A stretch of 45,732 nucleotides of DNA, filler included, from Catajapyx aquilonaris (lineage: Eukaryota): assembly GCA_000934665.2 (NCBI GenBank). It is 2 parts of 2 records of this genome, joined end to end, with 100 filler letters (N's around TTAATTAATTAA, not from the genome) between each part and the next. Parts side by side here need not be neighbours in the genome. Positions count along the whole stretch, not along the records: positions 22,889 to 45,732 come from JYFJ02005828.1; 1 more part is not named here. The stretch is one strand, 5' to 3'. A model generated the notes under the pieces. That model searched no databases and was not told the origin of the DNA. It was given only the letters and a program-made list of their open reading frames with translations. Made by a program: the position numbers and the translations under genes. Positions 32,586 to 44,919 of this stretch are shown piece by piece; positions within the stretch are counted from its first letter, which is position 1; every line of letters starts with the position of its first letter.

Positions 32586-35500
32586 TCAGACACTAGCTTT
32601 CCTTGCTCTCTCCACCTTTTCCCTCTCGGCCTTCATTATTTTTTTGGCAGTCTTTTGCTCCATTTCCTCATAATGCTCTGCAAACATTAACTTCAGTGCT
32701 GGGTACATCAGCGGGATGAGCTTCAGGTCACTCAGGCGAACCTGAAAACAACATTTCTAGTCGTAACTAATAAAAAAGGTTAATTGAAATGTGCACAAAT
32801 GGGAAGAGTGTAACAAGGTCCACATAGGGTGGCTTATTGCTACTGTCATGGATGGTCATGTGATGTGAGATAAATGAAGGTATTATTGTCTTCAACTAAT
32901 TCAGAGTCAGAGTCCAGTCAAACTATTCTATAAATGTCTCCAAAATCTTGCAAAGTCAATCTGACATGCTCTAATTAATTTTTTATTATTATTATAGGGT
33001 GGCAAATTAGCCTTTGAATGTCGTGCTCCTTGTTTCCGGGGGGGGGGNNNNNNNGAGAGAATGTCAAAAAGTGGCCTAAAATCGGTCACGTGGTATTTGC
33101 ACGACCCCTTACTGGGTTCTCTTCCTTCAGCAACCCACATTTGCCTACTGAAATTATTAAAGCAAAAAGTACAGTACTTACAATCATGTTGTCAAATGCA
33201 ATTCCAACAGCCTGTCCAAAGTTGTGGTTGATGAGTGGCAGTTTTGCATATCTCTGGCTAAAATGTGTAAGTATTGTAAACCCAGCCTGCATATTCCTTC
33301 CTTGTTCAATTGCTTGAGAAGTAGTTGAATGTGTCTTGAGCTTTGCCTCCTCTTCTAAACCATCTTCCATTGTTGCTTCATGCACCAATAGGTCACAACC
33401 CTTTCCAATCTCTACCAATCCTTCACATGGCATAGTGTCTCCAGAATATACTAAACTCCAGCCCTCTCTGTGTGTCAGGCAAATTCCAAATGCATTTGGA
33501 CAGTGCTCAACTGGAGTAGTGCAAATATCTGACATTCCCATTTTGTCAAGAACATCTGGAGGAGTCCCAGCATCATTTGGTATTATACGGATATCCGCCA
33601 TAATATGTTCAAACACACGGTGGTACCGCCCCAACCAAGATGTTATTTGTTTGGGTGCCAACAATAGTAATGTAGTACTGGGACAAGTCTTACGTCGTGC
33701 TTTTAACAGACTAATCAGCCCAATGTGATGGTCTGCATGTAGATGAGAAACATATATGGCCTGTAGGCAATGAAGTACATTTCTTGATTCAGCTTGTCCA
33801 TAGAAGCGGACTAGTTGGCCGTAGGTGCCTTCTCCACAGTCCATGAGTATGTACTTGTCTGGCCTGAGAAGATAGATGGTTACAAGTTTTTGATGACATT
33901 ACTCCAAATATACACTACAACTGCAGTCAGCAGTAAAATTTAGCCATTACTGTATCAATATTGCATTATGGTACAGACTTGTACACTCGAATGACTTTAG
34001 CTGATTCGGCTCTTCCAATAATCCAAACTGAATTTAACCCTGGAACCGTGCCGTGCCTACGAGTATTACGGCAACCGTGCCGTGGGGTCTTTTCGGACCC
34101 CACCATATTTTAATTTTTTAAAATTATTATACAGGGTGTCTATTGTAACTCTGCAAAGACTTTCAGGGATAATAGAGGGGACCAAGACAAGTATTTTTGA
34201 CATAGGAACCCGTGTCCGGAAACGTCATCTAGAGGGGGTTCATAGACAAGGAACGGGTGAGCTCGGACGCGTCACGCGGGAGGCGCTAGGGGGGCGGCCT
34301 GTTTTGTTGATAGATGGCGCTCGGATAGTAACCAACGATGCAATGTGTCATAACCTGACAACAGCAGAGCCATCTAGCAACTAAAGTATGCCTCCTAGGA
34401 GACGCGCGGATAGTCAACAGCGGTTCTGTTGTTGCCAGGTTATGGCGTATCGCGTTGTTGTTTACTTACAACGACGCGATACGCCATAACCTGGCAACAA
34501 CTGGGCGCCATCTATCAACAAAACAGTCCGCTCTCTTAGCGCCTCTCGCCTGACGCGTCTGAGCGCACCCGTTCCTTGTCTATGAACCCCCTCTAGATGA
34601 CGTTTCCGGACACGGGTTCCTATGTCAAAAATACTTGTCTTGGTCCCCTCTATTATCCCTGAAAGTCTTTGCAGAGTTACAATAGACACCCTGTATAATA
34701 CTTTTCAATGTATTGACTATACAAGGTGGTCGGTAAATGGCGGACAAGCTTCAGGTAGCAAGATTCCTTGTGAAAAATCAGTATATGGAAGTGAAGGTCA
34801 TATTGCTCTACGAGGCCTGGTTAGGGCTCACGAGGCCACCAAAGTTTGGGCCAAATCATGACGTCACATCCGCCCGCTAAATTCAAACACAACCGTATCG
34901 CTACCGTACGCGGCGTGTTGCTAGGCGTTGCCATGTTGACATCTACCACATGTTCACCAAACAATGGAACCGTACAAACTCGCCGGGACGTTGCCAGGCA
35001 TTGCCATGCCGTCGTCGCCGAGTTCCTGGCAACGTCCCGGCGAGTTTATACGGTTCCATTGTTTGGTGAACATGTGGTAGATGTTAACATGGCAACGCCT
35101 AGCAACACGCCGCGTACAGTAGCGATACGGTAGTGTTTGAATTTCGCGGGCGGATGTGACGTCATGATTTGGCCCAAACTTTGGAGGCCTCGTGAGCCGT
35201 AACCAGGCCTCGTAGAGCAATATGACCTTCACTTCCATATACTGATTTTTCACAAGGAATCTCGCTACCTGAAGCTTGTCCGCCATTTACCGACAACCCT
35301 GTATACAATCATTCTTTGAACAGTGCCTAAAATGATAGCTAATTCAAAATAAACCTGCACTTCCTGTTATATACTATAAAAAATGGCAAAAGTTCATTGT
35401 AATTATAATTATCATTTTAATGCATTTTTTCCCTTGGGGTCCGAAAAGACCCCACGGCACGGTTCCAGGGTTAAACCTGAACTGAATTGTAATCAAAATT

Positions 35501-37972
35501 CATGAGGCTGCCTGAATAGCATGAACCCAGAAGATTACCATTTACCCCTAGCATGCTCACACAGAGAATGTACAATTCTCAGTTTATTGTGTGCACTTTC
35601 AGATAATAACAAGTTCACCTCTGCACTTACTCTGTATGTAGTAGCAATCCAGATGTGTTCCTGGTCTTGTTTGGTATACATGATCCTGTGCCTAGGAACA
35701 ACAACTTTGGAAATTCCCTCTCTGGATCCCCTTCCATAGTTGAAATACTTTTCTTCAGCTTTTCTAATGTATCTAGAAACCCCTCTGTGGCCATTGTCTC
35801 ATCAATATATTCCTGTGGGTCCAGCTTTGGTATAAGTGAATCATCAACACCTTTCCTAGGACGCAGGTGACACGACAATAATGTGGCACCCCGGACCAGT
35901 GGGATCCCAATGTCCTTCTTGTCCTGAGGAGAATCTTCTGGTTCTTTTAGCAATGGGAATATGTGTGGATGAAGTAGGTTAAGTTTATGCTGAATTCGAT
36001 GGACAGCAACTGATCCAAATCCAACATTATCTTCATTGATGGTCAGGTGAATGGTTGAAGGAGGGAAGAGTGACATCCAACGATGATACCTATCTGTTTG
36101 CATCACATGAGAGGGGGTGAAGTGAACTACAGCATAAGCAGCTTCATCCTCAGAGGTACAGTTCTGGTGACGAGAGAGTTCTACGCTGCCAATAAGGGAG
36201 TCGAGAAATGCCTCTGATGGACACTCCACCACTACAAGAGAGAAAAGCACAAAATTACAATCAAGTTCATTTAATTATATCAATAGCTTATTCTCATATT
36301 GATGGGACGTGACACGCCTTGCCTCTACATTCAGTGGTATAAGTTCCAAGTGGAAATAAAATGCATACCATATTATATAAATTCCATAGATGGATCAACT
36401 TATGCCATGCCTTATCCTTTTAGTTTCACACTGGGTTCCCTCACCTAAGAAGATCGGTCCGGGATCATCTGCCATTCTTACTTCATCTGCTCGGACTACA
36501 CTTCCATTTGGAAGAGTAACATCCTCCCCTGCTTTGAGTTTTCCGAGTAATGGACCAGCAGGCACCCCCTTTTCCACACATTTTTCAAGTACCAATGCAC
36601 CAGGTTTTTTGTGTGGTCTGCATATGTAGGCCACACTCACATCACGCTCCTCTCTATTAACTTCCTGCTGTCCATTGCTAGCAGAATTATTCTCCTGGAA
36701 GAAACGTGCCCGTCTACCAGTGCGCTCATGGGCATAATAGTCTGTGGTATCCTCTTCCTCTTGCGTTTGATTATTAAGGTCAACCTTCCTTTCACCCCAG
36801 AGTAGGACATATTCAACACGCATTACATTGTCTTCAAAGTGGACATGGGATGTGTGGGGGCGTTGTTGAATTTGAAGATCCTTCAGCACCACAAATCGGC
36901 GAGTAGCTTGGAACAGCTCTTCCTGGATTAAAGAACATCAAAGTTCATGTTTGTTTGTGTGAGCTTGCACTCATAGTGATAATACTAAGGAGGTTGGAGG
37001 ATTGTATTTAAAAAAACATGGCAATTGACGTTTTAAATATCAGGTTATAAAAACAACATTTTATAGACAAACTGTGATCCTGTTATAAGAAGGTATCATC
37101 AGTCCAAAAAGAATTGTCCCTCGCGTCGAGCGGGCAGCCACGCGTCAGGATGAAAGGAACCAGTTAACTGGTTGCTTTCAATTCTTTTTGAACCGTTGAT
37201 ACATAAAAGCCTTATTGGTGTTTCACAAATTCGACATTAAGAAGAGTCAATTTCATGTCATGTTGCTTCAACCATAAAAGAATACTGATGTTGCAATGGC
37301 AACGATGACTCTCAGCTGTCATTAATATAACTATCTGTGACAGGCTTGTGATGTCAGTGCCTCACTCTAGTTGCAAACACTTTATAAGTTTAAAAAACCT
37401 TCCCCGTGAAGGATGCATTACAATTAGCCCAACTACATTGGAGTGAGTTCCATTCTTCTACATGCTTCCCATTAATTTTGAATTTCTTTAATAAGAAAAA
37501 AACCCACCAGTCCAGGAGGTCCATGCAAGGTAAGCTGGGGCACTCCAATGTCTTGCACGGTTAAGGCTAGTCCTGGCAGACCTCCTAAATTCTCCCAGCA
37601 GTTGTATGTGACAAAAACATGCTCCAGTTTGGCCAGCTTCATCTTGTGCTCATGGGCCAGCCGCTGCGTCCCCTCCCCACAATTAAAAAGGTAGCGATTT
37701 TGGTCAGTGAAGATGTACAGGGAGCGGGGGGAAGCACCACCACCTCCACCTCCTCCCAACACCTGGAGGGTGATTGTGCCTGGAGCATATCGCATCCCTC
37801 GTTCCTTCAGCTGCTGTCGGGTATGACGAAGGGCAGGGACATGCTTGGGCTCCCGTGGCATTTGAAGAAGAAGTTCACTCAGATCTGCAAACTTCTGGGT
37901 TGAGGCACCTCTATGGAGAGTAAGGACCAATCGGGCATGGGTTTTCACCAAACCTGAGAGTTTAATCAAACC
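32586..37972 (-). CDS. ELAC2: tRNase Z long form (ELAC2 / RNaseZ); first coding exon unresolved
   Basis: Exons 37972-37508, 36922-36445, 36231-35631, 33863-33182, 32741-32586, all GT-AG and phase-compatible (794 codons incl. stop). Motifs: YLFNCGEGTQRLAHEHK, flexible arm GVPAGPLLGKLKAGEDV, FLGTGSCIPNKTRN, DCGEGTYGQL, SHLHADHHIG (HxHxDH), YSGDT, HEAT, HST, THFSQRY. Confidence 0.97.
34132..34693. mobile_element. Palindromic mariner-type MITE (nested)
   Basis: TA|CAGGGTGTCTATTGTAACTC ... GAGTTACAATAGACACCCTG|TA. Confidence 0.92.
34722..35301. mobile_element. Palindromic mariner-type MITE (nested)
   Basis: TA|CAAGGTGGTCGGTAAATGGCGG ... CCGCCATTTACCGACAACCCTG|TA; palindromic to the centre. Confidence 0.92.
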
Positions 37973-38499
37973 CTGCGGACAAAAAAATATTGATAATACA
38001 AAACACAATAAAAAACTGGTGTTTGTGGTTGGTTTTGCTCCCACATAATGGACTACCAATGGTGTGAAGTGTTTGAGGGTGGGTCGAAGTAAAAAGCGTG
38101 TATTATCTGTATTGATTGGCCAGATGTCCAGCACGTTTACCTAAGTTACTGGTACTAGTGCCTTTGTAGCAACAAGCTTTATTCATACAAGGAATCTCCA
38201 GTGCACTAGCCCCTTGTATCCCTGGAGGGCATGAAGTGATAAAAACCCATCCTGGCATGCTTATGCAAGCCAGAAATGTCACCTGCACCTCCAGGTTTGG
38301 CTTGTGCAACTTCCCTCTTAGCTATGCAAATATCCTCACACTTCACTTGAATGTTGCTAACATGCACATGTGGCTGAACGGCATCCACGGAGGCTACACT
38401 TGCGATTAATACACACCCTAAGAAAGAATGAAGCTCCTACAGCAATACGAAAATGCATTACCATCAATTGGCCCAACCGGCCATGCCATTTGCTGCAAT

Positions 38500-38929
38500 G
38501 CAACTGGATAATTGCGTCACGTTTTTTTCCTCCTCCTTCACATAATGGGCATCTCCCCGGCGAGATGTCATTCAACACCACAACACGCAGCCTTGCAACA
38601 CGTGATCATTTCCCCCACCCCCCCCCCAACATGGCTTCCGTCACGTGACTTCAATCCGGACCACTTCCGGACCTTCTCTTTCCCGCCGGCCGCCAGTACG
38701 AAACAAGTTCGGAAAGGTGAACCCGGGTGGTGGGTGCTGCCGATGCAGGGAAGGCCTGCCCAACTGCCCCAACCTGGCCCCAACCTCTGTTGGCACCAGG
38801 TTGGCACCACGCGCGTCCGTTGCCATGCCATGCACAACAACGTCGAACAAGCCCCGTGGCCACAGCCTGCATCGGAGAGTTCGGCTCGACATCTACTACT
38901 TGGCGTTGGATGGTCGTCGCACTTGAGCC
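38500..38929. promoter_or_regulatory. Probable bidirectional promoter for RNase Z and IQCK
   Basis: CpG-rich region between divergent genes; palindromic E-box GTCACGTGAC (38640-38649) and ETS-like ACTTCCGG (38663-38670). Confidence 0.6.
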
Positions 38930-41900
38930 ATGAACAGATTCAAGAAGAACACGTCCAAGTCAGCCCTCTGGGCGGCCATCTGCCAGGGTGAGCCTTCTTT
39001 TGTACGCCTGTGTCGCTGTGTGACCATCCGTCATATGACAGAAAGATGGGCTTCGGTGCACTTTAGCCTCGAAAAATTATCACATGTTTCTATATATATT
39101 TCCTGAATCTACTTGATGAGCTGAGTCGAATGGCACTATTCGCAGAGTGCAGAAACATTTGGTTCAAAGGTTTTTTGAGTTCGTTGCTAAACTCAGCCGC
39201 AGCCACAGTGTAACAAAAGAGAAACAATAAAATAACAATATTATACTTCTTGTTATTTTATTGTTACTCTTTTGTTTCACTGCGGCAGTGGCTGATTTTA
39301 GCAATGTACTCATTGAATTTTGAAATTGCAAGTAATGAACAATCAGTACGGTAATCACTAATCAATAATTAAGGAAAATAAACAAGTGTTGTTTTGTTGA
39401 AAATATTTACTCCTTTTATCCTTGAAGGATTCTCCATGGAAACATGAGGGATGCTGAATCAGGGGCTGAATCACGGTCATATGGGCTGAATGATGATAAC
39501 AAACAATGGTTCTTGGTTCGTTGGATATAATGGAAGTGTTTTCATAGCAGGCCTATCCTTCCTGATGCTTGTGTTGGTGTCATCTGTGAGGTTCTTGAGC
39601 GACCGCACCAGTGCTGCCCGTCTCTTGGCCAGGCTACTAGCCATTGCCTGATGAATTTCATTAATTGCAAGCATTATAGCGAGCTGGGGGCTTATTATGG
39701 GTGATATATTCGCAACATTACTATCTGTCTTGTGGCGCCACAGGCCACCGAACATTATTGTGGCTTTGCCAATGCCGGATCATTGAGGAGGCTTCATTAG
39801 GATTAGGAAAAGGGAGGGCTGGTTTTTTCTTTTATACTCAGAGACATTTTAAATGGATTGTTTCAGAATTCCATAACTTTTGGATGAAACTTTTTTGCAC
39901 CCTCAGAATAGTGTCAGTAATCTGATTGAGCTGCCACTTTTCCAATGACCATGCATATGCCCACACGCAAAAAAAAAGGAGTGAACAGTGTCAACGATAA
40001 TTTTTTCCATAATTTAATTATTGTATTTATGACTTACAATTTCGAAATTCAATAACTTTTGAACCAAGCATTTCTGCACCTTACGAATATTGTCATTCAA
40101 CTCATCACATCAAGTAGATTTAGGGAATATTTAAAGCCAGATGAAAGCCTTTAATTTTCATGGGGGGCTAAAGTGCACTGTTACCAAAACAAAATTACAC
40201 GGCACAAACTGCACAAGGACAAGTAATTTCTTATGTAATATGGAAACGAGAGCCTCTCCCCTATCTCTCAGCAGCTGTGTGTAAGGTTGTTATGCTCATA
40301 CTTCACAACTTCTGACAAAATGAAAATCTTTCTCCCAGTTATGCAGTACTTCCAAGCCAATCGTTTGCTGCTCCATGCTTTCATGCTTGCAAGAAGGCTT
40401 TATTGTAGCAAAATTATTTCATAAATTTTGAGTGTAAAGTGAAGTCAGAAAATTATCTCCATTTTATGCTGGCTGGCTGGCACCTCCCCAGGGTATATCG
40501 GTCCTGTCGTTGACCAGTTTTATACCAGCATGCTGCAGTGTGCTGGGTATCGGTTAAGGTGCCCCTGAAGGTATCACTTCAGACCTTTGGGCTATGATTG
40601 AAGTTGTGGTGTTTGGTTACCATACCAAAGCTTGACGTGACCACTTGGTAATGTCCCTCGAACATGATTTGCATTGTGCATTTGGTGCACACATTTCAGA
40701 GGTTGCCGAGATGAAAGGTTTGGACAAAACAGCAGGAGATAGTAGTGAGACACAGGAACCTCCCAATCAAAAAACCTGTGAGTGATAGTTGCATATTTTT
40801 TGCAAACTGTCAGTCTTTGCTATGAAATGTTAAAAGTATGTTACATTTACCAGGTTTACCAGCAACATATTTGGAGTACTACATTCTTCCTGTGCTGCTC
40901 AATGGAATTGAGGCTATGTTGAAGGAAGCAGAAATTGAGCTCTGCTTGGAGGTTTGTTCAGATTGGTGATTCTACTACAGTATATTAATTTATATTTTTA
41001 GTTAGTGCCATAGTCTGGTTTTATAGTGAAGCAATATAGACTACTTTTGCTATATGTTTGATTTTTTTTTTGTCTACTGCTTCATTGCTTCATACTATTA
41101 TTTGGACAAACTGCTGTCCGGCACAGTACTGTACTTCATTCCCTTATATTACCCGTATACTGCCTTCTGGAATAGAAAATTGCTCTTATTGGTAAACCAA
41201 TTCTTTGTTAACAATGTGAGCTGTGAGAATCATATAATACAATGCATGATCCTTTAATGACTGGCTGAAGAAAATACTATTCCCAACTGGTGGCAGTGGT
41301 AAGGGTCCTGAATTACAGAACTGTCATGTTTTTCTAGAGCACATGCATGATTCCCATTTCAGAAGTTAAGCATCTGGGAATGCGCTTTATGATCAGAATA
41401 TTGAATACTTCGACTTCCCAGTGCAACACTATCGTAAGCCACAGCAATGTAAAATGAAGGTTACAATGGTTTTTTTTTTTTTTTTTTTTTTTTGCATTAC
41501 CCCACGGGGGGAGTTACGTACTCCTTAGGGGGGGTGGATTACCACCATTGGGGTTTTCGTTGGAGCGAGTTAAGATAGAATCTTATTAGTGTACTCCAAG
41601 GGTGGGTGGGAGGGGATGTGCAAAGTGCAAGTGCAATGTCTCTAATCGTCATTTTGTGAACTCCCCCGGGTGGCTTAGTCTGTCGGAAATTGCCACCCGA
41701 AACGAAGCCAGAGATGGCCCAACTCTGCACGAAAGAAGGTGGGAACCCCGGGTGGGGATTGAACCCGGGACCTTAACTTCCGTGGGCGCGCGCGTTACCG
41801 CGGCGCCACTCCGTCTCCCCAGACAATGGTTTTGTTATTGAATATACGCAGGGGTTCTGGGGAAAAATATATCGTAACCATTGGAGCATACTCTTAAAAT

Positions 41901-43586
41901 GTCTTAATACGGGGAGGTGTGGTGGCCGAGATGGTAATATCTCGGCTTGCTGAGTGGAAGGTCCTAGGTTCGATCCCCGCCTGGGTGTTCCCTTTCACCT
42001 GCGTCAGGAGGGTCTCTACCCTGCACCAAGGAGGTGTCTGGCAACCTAACCTCCTGGGGAACAGCACATGACCCCTTTTCAGACAATCCACTTGCACCAT
42101 GTTTCCTCCCCAAAAATCCCTATCCTTACCCAATGTCCTTGTTTCCCTGCACCGGAGTGAAGATAAATCAGAAAATTGATAGAAAAATGGTGGTGTACCA
42201 CCCCCCTATAGAACCCGTAAGGGTCATCACGGGGTACAAAAAAAAAGTCTTAATATGCAATTTTGTGTTCCTGTCTTATTAATAGTCTTATTAAGCGTAT
42301 ATTCAATAACAAAACCATTTTAACTTTCATTTTATATTGTTGTGGCTTACGATACTGTTGTACTGGGACGTCGACTTATTCTGTATACCAGTAAGGGGTC
42401 GTGCAAATACCACTTGGCCGTTTTGGGGGCCGGGGGGGCTGTCTGCTGATATACCAAGGTTGGTCACGGGGGATTGGGGGGGGGTCGGCGACAGTTCACG
42501 TGGTATCTCTGAACACAGTGAATGGGCACATATGGGAGCTTTTACAGATGCAGATGGGTTCAAAATAACCTAAAATTCGAAATCAGCAACCCCGAAAACA
42601 TGGGGAGACATGTTTTTTACGTACTTAAACAGTTTCGTTGAGGAGCTATCATTTTGGATCGCGTTTTTTCTGATAACATTGACATTAAAAACCACGTGAA
42701 AAGGGGGGGGGGGGGGTCAAAAAGCCGGTCACGTGGTATTTGCACGACTCCTAATACCACAGTGCAATTCAGTATTTCTGTCAATCATTTCTGAGGAATA
42801 AAATTTTCATCTGCTAAACCTGGCCATGTGGCAGTAATTTAAAGTTTTGAAAAAGTATTATTAATATATAATCTGCCATACTGTCGCATCTCTTAATTTT
42901 TTTGAAACACACGAGAAGTTTGAGCTATATGACATACACATTGTCAGTCCTGATAGATTATTTTCTTGGTGCTATCTGATGCAGGGTGTATGGCACCTAT
43001 CAGGTTCACTTATGACTTCATTATTTTCACTTTTAAATTGATGTAGCTTGGTGTTAAATACATTGTTGTTATACTTATTTATCTGCAGTACAAGTTCACC
43101 AAGTTTAATCCCTTGGATTATCTAACTGAGTATCTGTACAATTATAACCTGGATTACCCAGCCCGACCCTTCACACCGCTGCATGCCATCCCATTTGTCA
43201 AGGACTGGAGCAATAAACAGTTTCGTCACATTTGCATTTTCATACTCTATTGTTCTTTCTTTGTACTTCCATCTATGACCTTTGCTTTCTCAGTCCTCGT
43301 GATCCACTGCCCACCTGGATGCTCATAAGCAAAACAGAGGCAGCAGCAAAGATCCAGAGTTTGATGCGAGGGTACTTGCTAAGAAAGGAGCAGCCAGAAA
43401 TCAGGGAGATGCGGACATTTTGGCAGGTAGGATATGAAGTGTGTAAGAAGGAGACAAGGTAATGACAGGGCTTTTACTTGGCAGACCCTGTGTGAGGAAA
43501 AGGAGAAGTTTTCAAAGGAGAAAGAAGTAAAAGAAATTGAGAATTTTGAGATGGAGGCACCTGAGAAGGAGGCAGCTCAGGATTGA
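38930..43586 (+). CDS. IQCK: IQ domain-containing protein K (199 aa, 6 exons)
   Basis: Exons 38930-38987, 40700-40777, 40854-40951, 43089-43219, 43294-43426, 43485-43586 join in frame (600 nt). LWAAICQE, CLPATYLEYYILPVLL, TKFNPLDYLTEYLYN, HPRDPLP and IQ motif AAAKIQSLMRGYLLRK match the recalled IQCK pattern. Confidence 0.9.
39054..40180. mobile_element. Old TIR element in IQCK intron 1
   Basis: C(G/A)GTGCACTTTAGCC termini with about 130-bp diverged inverted arms. Confidence 0.65.
41470..41822 (-). mobile_element. tRNA-derived SINE (family A)
   Basis: A/B boxes, long poly(A) tail, TSD ACAATGG(TTTT). Confidence 0.9.
41910..42246 (+). mobile_element. tRNA-derived SINE (family B)
   Basis: TGGCCGAGATGG and GGTTCGATCCC boxes, poly(A) tail, TSD GTCTTAATA. 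Confidence 0.88.
42395..42751. mobile_element. PIF/Harbinger-type MITE
   Basis: TAA|GGGGTCGTGCAAATACCAC ... GTGGTATTTGCACGACTCC|TAA; a solitary matching end finishes at 33108. Confidence 0.85.
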
Positions 43587-44339
43587 CTCAGAATTTGTGT
43601 GGGATTTATGAGGCTCAGTAAAACTAGTGGTTGTGTTTAACTTGTCAAATAATTCTGACTGGACAGGCCACTAGGTAAGTGGCGTAAGAAAAACCTTGGA
43701 GTGTTTGAAATACATAGCAAAAGACACCAAAAAATCAGACCAATTTAATTACATCCTTGGAAAGGGCTAATTACTCTGACCAGCAGTGGCAGCAGAGCTC
43801 TAAATTGCAACAGTGCACCATGTTGGTGCAGCCCCTAGATGTTTATTTCTTCCTGCCATACAAAATTTTTGTAAAGTATATGTAACTGATTCATCTTTGT
43901 ATATTGCCCCTGACTATGCAATCTGGCAACGGGAGAACTTTCGTCTTCTGCAGGCACTCACTCATTTTCAGTTTTCGGCCGCTAGGTTTGTTAATGTCAT
44001 TTTACAAAGCTGGATGTTTGGAAGAGGAGCCTGATGCATTCCAAACACCTTCCGAATTCTGCTTCGACTCGAGTAGTAGTCCAGACTCCAGATGATACAT
44101 GATTGCAATGCAGGAACTTGTTCTTTATGAGATGTGCTCATTGTAAAAATGGGTTTTGTTTTGAACATGCAATTAAAAACATGCATAAGTGCTAATTTGC
44201 TCTGCTTATTTTCATCTGCCAGTGCTTTACCAGGTGCTCTACCTGTCTCGCTTACGCAAGCTGTCCTGGATGACTTCGAGAGGTCATAACTTTTGACCTT
44301 GTATCGTTCAGCCGAAACGGTTTGCATTTTGGTGAATTA

Positions 44340-44919
44340 CAGTAAAACTTCTATAAGTCGTGTCTCCATGGGACTGCGAAGTTATAGAAGATTCGAGTTA
44401 GAGAAGATTGGAATTTTTAAAGCACATAACTCTATACGGAAGCCTACCTTTATATCCAGCGACGAAAGGCTTTCAAAACTTAAAAATAACTCTCACTATC
44501 ACCCTCATTGTTTTGTGGAAAAAAAATCTCTATTACGGACATTTGCCTACTCTTAGATTCAAGGATTCAGTTGTCACAATCGAGTCAATAATTACTTCTT
44601 TCGGTACGTCTGGTAGACGGAGATCAGGAAATGGAGCATTTTTGTACATGTGGCCTACTCTCTACCCTTCGGCTGGGAAATGAGAAAATTTTCTGTCCTT
44701 GCCAACATGAACTTCGACTTAGGGAGACTGAAAAGGCATTGATATCCCATCGTAAGGCCCTGCCTGCACTTCGAGTTATGGGGAACTTTGAGTTAAAGAA
44801 ATTCGAGTTAGGGAAGTTTACTTCCTATTATTTTACATTGCGACCAGCCAAGCTCATCATTTTCTTCGACTTATAGAGAACTTCGACTTAGGGAAGTTTG
44901 ACTTATAGAAGTTTTACTG
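44340..44919. mobile_element. pogo/Tigger-like MITE (copy 2)
   Basis: TA|CAGTAAAACTTCTATAAGTCG ... GACTTATAGAAGTTTTACTG|TA. Confidence 0.9.

Larger units (their letters stand above)
34038..35470. mobile_element. piggyBac-type MITE hosting two nested MITEs, in an RNase Z intron
   Basis: TTAA|CCCTGGAACCGTGCCGTG ... CACGGCACGGTTCCAGGG|TTAA. Confidence 0.9.

Noticed and set aside
33255..33266. HFS motif in RNase Z (THFSQRY) as an autoproteolysis site
   Set aside because: It is the conserved metallo-beta-lactamase motif V, unrelated to ZU5 cleavage.
38512..38991. Overlapping ORFs in the GC-rich region
   Set aside because: Expected stop scarcity in a CpG-rich promoter; only 38930-38987 fits the IQCK model.
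15782..42246. tRNA-like segments near 12900, 16080, 21710, 22480, 41790 and 41930
   Set aside because: They have bodies, tails and mostly TSDs, so they are SINE heads rather than tRNA genes.
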